From assembly GCA_036172245.1 (NCBI GenBank), contig JAYWIR010000060.1, positions 124,001 through 188,000 of the forward strand: a stretch of DNA of 64,000 nt, written 5' to 3'. Shown here one piece after another: positions 1 through 10,052 of the stretch; position 1 is the first letter of the stretch; the number at the start of each line of letters is the position of its first letter. The position numbers and the translations under genes are program-made. The notes below the pieces were generated by a model. The model was not told the origin of the DNA, made no database searches, and was given only the letters and a program-made list of their open reading frames with translations. The DNA comes from Raillietiella orientalis. Taxonomy: Eukaryota.

Positions 1-404
1 TCCGACCCACACTCGGGGTAAGGGGTCCTGCCACTTCTCGTTTGATTACCCCTGTGGGAAATCCTGAAAGGCGTCTCCCGAAGAGAGGCGGTAACGGCGG
101 CGGATCCTGGAAAGAGCGGAGGAGATACCGAGCAAAGGAAGGGAGGTAGTCCATCCCCAACGTCCCTAAAACGTCCTCTCTCTATTCCCAAGACCTTCAA
201 AAGAAGGGGAGGCAGGAAGGGAGGGCGGCGACCTCACTACCGGCTCGCCGGCCTCCCTCCCACTGCCGCCTGCGCATTCATGGCTCTCTTCACGATAGGA
301 GGAGCCGGTCCCTCCCCTTCCTCGCCGCTTTTCGACCGGAGACAGCAGGAAACAAGGAATAAAGGACAGGATGAGTTTTCTATTTTACCTCCCCCCTCTT
401 TTAC

Positions 405-1802
405 CTGGAGGACGCAGTGGCTGCAGGTCAAGTCAGCCGGTGGTTCTACCTTCAGAATGTAGACATCGCCGTCCTGAGGAGGAATTCGGTACTCCTCGCC
501 CTCGTCGTTCCATATCTTCAACACGTTGCTAGGGGATGAAAGTGGTCTCGAGAAGGGCATGGTTTTCGCTTTAGCAATAGCAGCAGTTGTGGAATCGCCC
601 TCATCGGGAAAGAAGGGGAAAGAAGAAGAAGCGCATTCGTGGTGCCACGAGTGACCCTCCGTCGGTTTGCGCGCGGTAGAGTGCGCACCGGGCGAATGGC
701 CTCAGGGGATGAAGGTGAAGCGCCTTTTCCGGCTGCCACCTCCTCCGAACGGAAAGGAGGAAACGGGAAGGGGGAGGGGGAAGAGGTGGACGCGATGACG
801 GGGAGGAGCAGGGATCCTCCGTTGCCGCCACCGCTTCCTGACTGCCCTCCCGCGCATGCGCCGAGGCGGAGGGGCTGCTGTTACAGAGGCAGACTTACGC
901 GTCCAAGCACTCCTGGGTGGCATCGGATGAGGCTGCAGAAATATCACACAAGCGGAAGATGAAGTGACCCTGCGGGTTTGAGGTCAGGTGAACTTTCACC
1001 AGGATAGGCTGGAATCGAGAAGAGATTGGGAGATTCAGCGGAAAGGACGGGGTAGGGGCCGTAACCTCTCCCTTGCAGTAGGTCCTGACGATGGTCCCTT
1101 GGCCGTACGTGCCTCCCAACTCGTGGGGCCGGGGTTCAGGTGCATCGTAAGGATCGCCGCAGATCCCGCATTTACCCTGGTTGACGATCCAGTGGGTCTG
1201 AGAAGGAGCCGGTCGGCGTGTTACAACGAACGTACAGCGATACACCCCTTTGCTCCTCCCTCACCCCTTTCGGGGACGAGAACGGAGACCGCCGGAGCAG
1301 AGAAGAAGGGCAATGGACTTACCCAGAATCCTCCGCAGAACCCTTGCGTTTCTTCAGGATCGATGGGGACCGGGAAACCGAGGGAGCCCATGGACGCCCT
1401 GGATGGGGGTTCGATCATCCTTCCGTGGGCGCGGGCATGGCGCACCTGTCAAGAGGGAGAGAACTCCGTCCAGAGAAGCAGCTTCCGGGAGATGAGGGCT
1501 ATTTCCCCTTGTTCACGGCCCCGCTTCCAGGAACCCAGGGAAAACGCAAAGGAGGGAAAAGGAAGACGAGGAAAAGAGGATAGAGAAGGAGGAAGGGGAG
1601 AGGAAGAAGAAGGTGGAGGGGAATGAGGAAGAGAAAGGGATACGGGGGGAGAGAAGGAGAAGAGGCCTTACCAGGAACCTTCTTGAGGGTTGATGGGCTT
1701 CAGGAAACCGAGGGAACCGAATGCCCTTACCAGGAACCCGAGGAATGAGATCGCGAAGCCCGCGGCCACCAGAAACACACGCGATGTGCGGAGACCGCTC
1801 AT
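405..1802 (-). CDS. AA15 LPMO-like secreted protein, paralogue A (chitin-binding type-4 domain); 3' exons lie outside the window; second brace His replaced by Pro
   Basis: GT-AG exons: 1802-1731 (MSGLRTSRVFLVAAGFAISFLGFL, signal peptide), 1445-1323 (VRHARA/HGRMIEPPSRASMGSLGFPVPIDPEETQGFCGGFW), 1197-1066 (THWIVNQGKCGICGDPYDAPEPRPHELGGTYGQGTIVRTYCKGE), 1008-899 (PILVKVHLTSNPQGHFIFRLCDISAASSDATQECLD), 528-405 (NVLKIWNDEG...ADLTCSHCVLQ). Intron phases 0,0,0,2,0 join into one open frame. The HGR..PPSR, CGG, GKCGICGD, HE.GG.YG.G and LTC.HCVLQ motifs are diagnostic of AA15. The WxY..GNNWG exon is not found in 1-404. Confidence 0.92.
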
Positions 1803-3728
1803 CTGCAGAGGTCTGCTGGAATGAGAAGAGGAGGAGGAGCACCTCGGTCGTTTCCCAGCGACGGCTCGTCCGCCCTGCCCGCCGCGACCTCTCCGACTGC
1901 TGTCTCCGTGTACGGTGCCGTTGCCTCCCTCCTAGCTGATGCAAGCGAAGGGAGGACTTCCTCCATTGGGAAACCCCTGCCGAGACCAAAGCGCGTCCCC
2001 GCTCACCTTGGCAAAACAAGGAGGACAGAGAGGGACCTTCCTTGCCTCCTCCCCGCTCTTGTGAAAGCAACCTCCCGTGCCTGCTCCCCCACGTCGCTAC
2101 AGTCTCGTCCTAGGACCCCCTTCCTCCTTCTGGGGCAAATGGCCTCCCCAGCAGAGCCACACGGGCAGCAGCGGAGTGGAGACGAAGAGAGGAAGAGCAT
2201 TCGCCCCTTTGGTTGCTGGGAGGCGCCTTTTGTGCTATTTTGCTCTTCGATGACCGCGAGGCCGAGTGCAGGAGGCTGGCTGGAGAAGGAAGGGGAAGAG
2301 AAGCGCACGGCGACTAGCTTGGGCGTTGGTCGGGACCCCACGCGGGAGATGGAGGCGGCGTTAGACAGGAAACGTGTGTCCTCAGCCCTTCGCATTCAGA
2401 CAGGGAAGACCTCAGCTCCCCGGTCGCCCGGCCCTTAGTCGGGACGGGCTGGCGGATCGGCAGAAGAAAAGCGGGGAAGAAGGGAGGGATGAGCCCAATC
2501 GCCTCCCGGATCCCCTGCAATGAGACGGGAAGCGTGTGCTGCTCAAGGTGCCCGGGCAACAAAGGCTTGCTTGCATCCCTCCTCTTCCTCTTCAAGGGAC
2601 TTTAACCGGAAGACGGAAGAAGAAGGGATGCCACTCAAGTGAGGCGCTCGGATTCTTCCCAGATGCACTCCTCGCTTGCCCCCTCCACCCCACGGCGCTG
2701 GCTCGGCTCCTGGAACAGGATCTGCCGCATTCCTCTCCTGAGCAGCATCCACGAGTAGGATCCCTCGCGAAGAGGAAGAGTGCAAGATCCTTCTGATGAT
2801 CTACCACCCCACACACAATCCAATCACTAGCGCTCCTCAACTTTACACGAACGAGACGTGCTCCTGCGACTCAGCAAGACGAAATTCCTCGGACTGGGCG
2901 CAGCTCCCGGTGCAATCATCTTGCTGGGACTTTCGGAATCTCACGCCAAAGCGGCGGGCGATTTGCACTCCGTGATCTCAATATTCAGCCACCACGAAAA
3001 TTCTTCTACACTACATCACGTGCATATGCGAGATGAAGACGCGACGACTCACTCACTCACTTTACTCTTCCTCCAATGCGCCCTCATTACGACTCTCCAT
3101 TGCTCTTCATAAGGAGAATTCCCTACTCCTACATGAAGCAAACGATGGCAGCCGAACGCGAAAGTAAGACAAGCTTAACGCACGGACCATCAGATCTGGA
3201 GCAAACTGACCTAATCGTTCTCAGCATTTCAAATCATTTGACTCCCCCCCTACCCATCCATACTCCACCACAGCCTGAACCAGAGTATATCCAATTCTAT
3301 TTTGGAAGCCGTTCCTTCCTATGTAGTACCGGCGTACAAATCTGTCTTTCCAACCCGAGGAATACCAAGACGAACGAGTGCTGAGAGAACGGCGCGATTT
3401 CTCTCCAATCTCCGAACTCTTGAAATTCTTTTTTGCTCTCCCGTTCAAATGCTGCGGGACCGCTCTTTTGCAAATCCATGCACTCAGGGGGTCACGGAAG
3501 CCAAGGAAGAGGCAAATGTCAAGATGGCAGCCTGCAAGCGTTCAGCTCCCGCCACCTCCGTAGTGACGCAACAATGAGGAAGCCTTCTTGCCGGACACGG
3601 AATGGGAAACCAGCTGCAGCCGCCATCTTGACGAGCAGACATTTTCAAGTGCCGCGCCCTCCGACTGGCCTTCCTTCAGCTGTGTGAGGTGCAGTTGGCG
3701 TTTTATGCTCCCATACAAGAATCGAAGA

Positions 3729-3990
3729 GGGTAAATCGAGTCATTTCAGCCTCTCCATTCAATTATTGGTAATTTTTGGTATACTGCTAATTTTCTTTGC
3801 ATAATTATGAGTGTCGAAAGGGGTAAATCAACGTGTTTCATCCTCTTGTGTTTGAGGATTGATAATTTGTTGTGGGATTCTGATTTGTTTTGCACAATTA
3901 CGAGTATCTAAAGGGTTGCATCAAGGTGTTTCATCCCCTTCGCCTGAGGATTGGGTATTCCCTGTGAATTGGGTTTGCTTTGCATTGTCT
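3729..3990. repeat. Degenerate AT-rich tandem repeat, 92-bp period, about 3 copies
   Basis: gggtaaatc/gggtaaatc/gggttgcatc...tttca.cc...attg...tttgca recurs at 3729, 3821 and 3913. Confidence 0.75.
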
Positions 3991-6329
3991 CTGACGCTTA
4001 TCGTTTATGCAGCCCGATGCACTTATTGAAATTTATGGCGTCCTTGAACAGAAGCACATTCAAATTAAGATATTCTTGAAGACGATATCCAAGTACATCT
4101 CTTAATCAAGTAACGCTCCCTGGACCTATTTTGTTTATTCGAGTCAAATATTTACGTAATTTCATGTCCAAGCTGGGGAGGAACACAGAAATGAACCAGT
4201 TGCTACCCTTTCTTGATCCTCCCCTTCAATTTTATCTACCGGCATCTTAAGACGGGGGAGACAGGCACTTAAAAAGACGACATTTATCTCCTCCCAGGGG
4301 AGAGAGGTTTCTGGTTCTTTCTGCCTCCCTCCGCCTTCCCGGTGGCTCCAGCTGCTGGGAGACAAAAGAATGGCGTTCCTCCTGCTCCTTTGCGGCCTCT
4401 GAATTCGCAGCGACCCGCGCGGCAGAGGAGATCCTCTCCCCTCGAGTCTGGACGGACGTGAAGGGTGTGGGTAGGGGACTGCTCCCGCTCCCTTGTGGGA
4501 AGGCGTCCAGAGAGTTCCTTGGGCGCCGAGCGTTTTCGACAGGAGAACCACCCTGGTTCTAAGCGACAAGCTCCCAGGGGTCGTCCGACCAGCCGCGGTC
4601 TTCCCTCTTGGAGCTACCTGCGCTTGCGGTCCTGCGGAAGGAGGCGCCCGGTGGGGAGAGAAAGGGAAGGGAGATGTCGTGCCGCAGCCTCAGGAGGAAG
4701 GTCCCCAGGAGCCCCCTAGGAAGGCCCGAGCGTTCCCGGGAAGGTCGGCTGGACGCGGGCCGCCCTTTCGCGTACGTGGCGACGGGAGAAGCTTCCTCTC
4801 CTCTGGCCGAGATGGACCAGATGTCTCCTCAGGAAGCGCCCTCCGGGATGGATGTTTCCATCTCCGATTCCTCTCCTCTCACCTGGACCCCCCGGTCTCC
4901 TCCGGCTCATTCTCCAACATCTTTTCCTCCTCCTCTCCCCCTCGTCTCCCGTTGCCGAGTCGAGACTGCGGCTAGGAGTAGCCGCCCGCGCATGCGTCCT
5001 GAAGTCACCGGCTGCATCTCCTGGCTCCACCTGGCTGCCGAAACCTCAGCGAATAGCCCTGAGGGGCAGAATGCTTCTCGGCCGCTCCCTCACCGGACCG
5101 AGGGCCTCCCTCCCCCTGACTCTGGCGCCGACTCGCTTCCTTGGCAGACCCGCGACGCTTCCCCCTCCCCCCCTTCCCTTCCCGTCTCCGAGCGGGGACC
5201 CGGCTAGCAAGTTCTGCCCTTTGCGCCGCGCGCGGCTGGGCAGAGTTGTCCCCAGGGGCCGCCGCTGGCTTCCCAACCCCTGAGAAGACCACGCCGATAC
5301 CCCCGAGGAATCCCGGAATGCAACCGCGTGGCCCGGCTCTCGCACACCGTGGAGGGACCGCGACTCTCGGAGTTTCCTCCTCCCTCGGAGGTGCGACCCT
5401 TGAGGGGTGAAGCGAGGGTTGCTCGCCAGCCTGCGAGGCGGACGCGGAATGAAACCTGGGGGATGGAGATAGGGTCGTTCCCGGAGACGCGACTCTTCCT
5501 TCCAGGTGGGAATGGAGGGGAGGAAAGGAAGGAAGAACCGCTCTTCCAGAAGGCCAAAGCGGTCATCCGCGGAGAGGGCCGAGAGGTGCAGGACGGACCG
5601 GAAGCGCTTGGTGCAGGGAGAGGAGGCAGGGATTTCAGACCTGGGCGCGCGTCTCAGCGACGAGGAAGCGGCGCTCTCCAGTCGCTCGCCTGCAGAGGCT
5701 GCTCTTCCTTATCAAGGCCCGGGTTCCTGGACCAAGCCAGAGGGACCTGTCCAACTCTCCTCGCTTCTGACGGGCTGTTCCAGACGGAAAGGGAGGAAGG
5801 CAGGTGCCTGAAAATTCCTTTCCTGCTCCCTCCTCTTCCTCCCCTACGCTAGCGGCGATTCTCGGAACTCGGTCGATGGTGCCCGCAGGAGGCAGAACTT
5901 CCATCCCATGCCGAAGTCCGTTCACGGTGGAAGCTGGGCATAAGAGGGAGGGAAAGGGCTCCGAGACCTCTAATTTGGTTTTCGACGACCTTCTTTTCTC
6001 TCCCTGAGACCGCAAAGCGCCTCTGGCAGTCCGGAGAGCAGGAGGGTGGAAGAGAGAGGTTCAAGGAGGAGGAGAAAATGAGGAACCGTATGGGGGGACC
6101 CGCAAGCAGCAAACGATACTCCCCTCGTATCGAAACAACTCGCCTGTGCTCCCGAGAGCCTCACTCCCCAGGCAACTTGAGGGATCCGTGGAACGGAAAG
6201 CTCGCTTCCTCTCTCGGCACGTTGAGTGCCTCCCATGGTACCTCGGCCACATGCACGCGGTCACTGCAATCCCCTGAAGGGTCCAGAGTAGCACTCGCAG
6301 GAGATCGCGAACACGAGTCGTTCTTCCCG

Positions 6330-6960
6330 ATTGTCGACATCGAATCAGCAATCACAGGAGAAACAACAAGCAAGCAGGAAGATGGTGGGCAATTTTTCTT
6401 CGGCCTCAGGTGCTCTTCAAGGCGTCTGGCGTACCTTGAGGACTTGGGTGTGCAAGTGTGCAAGGCAACTTGCGGAGCCGAAAAGCTGCTTTAGAAACTC
6501 GGCGGAAGTGAGGAAGGATTGAGGGTCCGCCGCTGGAGGCGGAAAGGAGCGCGAGTGCCACCCCCCACGGTGTCGTAGTCGAATCCAGCCCCTGCGCCGA
6601 GCACAGGACGTTCTGCTCGCGCCCGCTGCTGAACTGCGGAGCTCTGCACTAGTCCACAATGACCTGTCGCGCTCACGCCCAAAGTGAAATGACCTGAGGG
6701 TGCTTCAGATGCCACCTCTGGCCGGGAAGCTTATGTGGACTCGCGGTGTCGTTCCCTCAAGAACGGCTCATCAGCGGACGCGTGTCTCCACCTCGCGCAG
6801 AAGGAACACCAGTTTTCCTCACGTCTCTCCCTGCCAAGTGGAAAGAGCTCTGCAGATCATTTGCGAGACCACGAGCGCTCGATTCCGAGGACATTTGTAT
6901 TCAGCCCACCCTTCAGGCGAGCCGAAGCAGAAGGCGAACTTCAAAATGTGGGAAACCATT
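6330..6960 (+). mobile_element. Highly decayed mariner transposase relic
   Basis: GKLMW...ADACLHLAQKEHQFSSRL loosely resembles the mariner KWVPHxL...C..LL.R....FL.RI region; very degenerate. Confidence 0.3.
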
Positions 6961-9900
6961 AGATGACAAGGGAGTCGCGAGCTGGCGACGCTTCCCATCG
7001 CACACGAAGGAAGGAAGGGAATGTTCCCGTACAGAGATGGAGAAGAATGGAAAGGAAGCTGGCACAGAGCTATCGATAGGGTGCCTTTTTTTGGAAGGGT
7101 AGTTTTTTGTTGCTGTTCTTGCTATCCTTTTTTCCTATTCCTCATTTCATTTCAGCAGCCCGCAATCCTTTGTTTTTTTTTTTTTCTTAGTGTTGCAGAG
7201 AAGAAACTGTCCTGCAGAAAAGTTGTCGAGTCATCAAGGCTTGCGTAGGTCGTTCTCGAGATCTCTGTAGCGAGTTTATGCGTGATCACGAACTCTTGAC
7301 GATGGTTGCAGTTTCGGAGGTTCACTGACAGATGGCAGTCTGCATCATTAGCTTCAGCGCAGCAAAGTTGGAGAAAAAAACACCTTGATCTGGTTCCAAA
7401 AAACAAGCATGCACACAAAAAGGGAGATTTTTCTTCCTATTTCAGGGTGTGGAGGATTCCACAAGGAGAAGTAGGCCTTTACGCAACAAACAGTGGATTC
7501 TTGCATCTCTTGAGGTGAACACTAGCTCCCTAAGCAGCTTAGTAAGAATATCTAGCTAGATCCTTTCCAGTATAATGAGCATTCAGATAACAATTGGCTT
7601 CATTTCCTAGTGAGTTTCCTGCGAGAATTCACTGTAGTCACAGCAATCAGTCGAAACAAAATCTTGGTGATGTACATGTAAGGTGGATTCATATGTAGTA
7701 TGATTATGATGTAAGAGGAAAGTCCAAGATCTAGTGCTGGTAGAGAGCCTAGCTAGTAGAGGGTTCAGAGCCCAGTGTCGGAGCTATATCGTCTTCAGCC
7801 GACAAAACGAACGGAGAAGGAACGATGGAGATGAGGCGATGATGCTTCTAATCTCTTCTAATAAAAAAAGATCTGCCCTTGTACATGATCTCGGATAGGG
7901 AAAATCGTTTGGACCCCAAGAGACGGGAAGATTCCGCGCATCACCAGAAAACCAGCCTTTTTCCGTCTTTCTTTTGACGTCCTACATTCTGGCTTCTTCC
8001 AGTGCTCCGACTAATCCATGGGCCCTCATCCCCTTGATGCAGTGTTATTTATCCTGAGGGCAAGCAATGACAGTTGCCAACCAGTGGTTCGGGGGTTCTG
8101 CAATTGCAGGAGTGACCAAACTCCTGGGCACCTGGAAGACGAGTGAGCTGGTGGACTCCGCCACGTTGCGTTCTCAGGCGGAGAGACTGCTTCTGTGGAG
8201 CGAGCAGTTGAGTGTGCTCCCCGAAGGATGCATACTACCTCCTTTGTGTGTGACCACCTCTGTGTTCCCATTGAGGTGGAAGCAGGACTCCACCCCATAG
8301 GAATGGAAGTGGAAAGTTCTGCACTGCGTTTGCAGTGCCATCAGCGCAGGCACCTGACTTCCGGGAGAGTTGCATTCCCAAATTGTCCAAGGCTGATGGA
8401 ATCGTTCCCGCACCTCCAGGTGAACTGCAGTGCCATCCAGAATTTCCGGCATAGGCTGGATTCGGTGGTCCTGCACCCTGTGCACACTTACAAGGACTTT
8501 CTGCGGCGATTCTTCGCATGAGGCGTAGTCACGACAGGCACCTCCCCTTGCGAGGATGTGTTTTATTTGCATTATCGTCACAGCCCATCATTCTCTGGAG
8601 TCTCAAGTTCAGCGAAAGGTCACCCGCGTGGCAACCGTCTACGACGGTTGCGAGATGGCTCCACCTACAGGAAGAAGTCAAGTCGGAGATCGCTTGTGTT
8701 CTGCGCTGTTAGTGAATGGAAAGAGGCATTTGAAGTTAAAGTGTTTCCATGTCTACACTCCTTTCATTTGCTTATTTATTGTTCTCCATCTTTTCTCTTC
8801 GGACTGCTCCAGCAAACGACCTGCATGTCGGTGAACCCTCCATTTGAATTTCTTTTTTTTTGTTGTTTGTTTTGGGAACTGCATTCCCTACTTGTTTGTT
8901 TGTAAATAAACGTCGTAGTGTTACCGGGCAAAATTGAATCCGTTGATATTGCTGCAGGGTTTTTCCTTGTTCTCAATGAGACTGCGTTGCCTCTTCGAAA
9001 TGGTGACCATTAGGATGGTCGGTTCTTCCCTACAGGCAGCACTTGTCAGGTGGCATCCCATCTTACGTAACGCTTTCTCCTGTTTGTTTCGAAACGACCT
9101 ACGTGGTGCGTGCGGCAACTTTCATTCTTTCCCCAGGAAGATGAAAACCAATCGTCCCACAAAGATTCGAGTTCATCAAAGCATCACGGAAGTTCATTTG
9201 AGATTTGGCAAGGCAAGGAGTAGAAAACATCCTCCGCGGTTTCGAAACTACGAAAAGCGGTTGCGTCGCTGATTACGGTGTGCTTTTGCACTTTACAGGA
9301 TGCAGGTAGTGATCCAAGGACTCATCTCAAGCAGTCCGACCACATGGAGACCTTATTCTGCCTCCTACTCCGCGGATCTCATACTATCTGTTTACGCCGG
9401 ATGTTTCTCGTTTCCTCTCCGCCACTCGTAATCGAGGAGGCCGGCAATAGAGATCGTCCGTCCGGAGATGCAAGAGCTTTGAATTCACTTCCTCACAGGA
9501 CGTCACTCCCGTCTTTGGAATCTTTGAATCGATTGCATCAGAACACGTTCCTAAGGACAAAGTGAAATCACTGCGAATCGTGCGCACGGATGTCTCTGAG
9601 TGCGTGGAACGAGGGGCCGCTTGGTGCAAGCAGCAAAGTCCAATTCCGCACCAACGTCTGCCTGCTTCCATTTGTGGTCTCAGTGGCCTCCCCTCCCGAG
9701 CCCAGCAGCAGTTTCCAGCTCCTGAAAACCGCGCTCCTTGGAGTGCCAGCTTTCCAGGAAACGGAGCCGCCAACTTTCCCACCACAGCTGAATCAGAGGG
9801 GCCGACGACTTGTCCCGAGGAATGAGCCAAACCAGAACAACCAAATGCACAGTTTCCCCTTTTTTTCCTTCCCTTTTTTTGTAAATTTGCTTTTATGGCG

Positions 9901-10017
9901 GGCCGAATCCTCTACCTCCGTCTCGCTTGCCGAGAGTCGCCTCGGCAACCAAACCAACGAAGAAGCTGCAAATCAGTCTCCACGTGATGTGATTTTTCCA
10001 GATGAAATTCTGGGTTG

Positions 10018-10023
10018 TTTATT
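10018..10023 (-). promoter_or_regulatory. Candidate polyadenylation signal of LPMO B
   Basis: AATAAA on the minus strand about 30 nt downstream of the 6-Cys-frame stop. Confidence 0.45.
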
Positions 10024-10052
10024 CATGCATTCTCACAGATGGCGATGGTTGC

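Noticed and set aside
1009..1065. In-frame read-through of short introns (also 16043-16111) as coding insertions
   Set aside because: GT-AG boundaries and identical exon lengths in both paralogues indicate ordinary introns.
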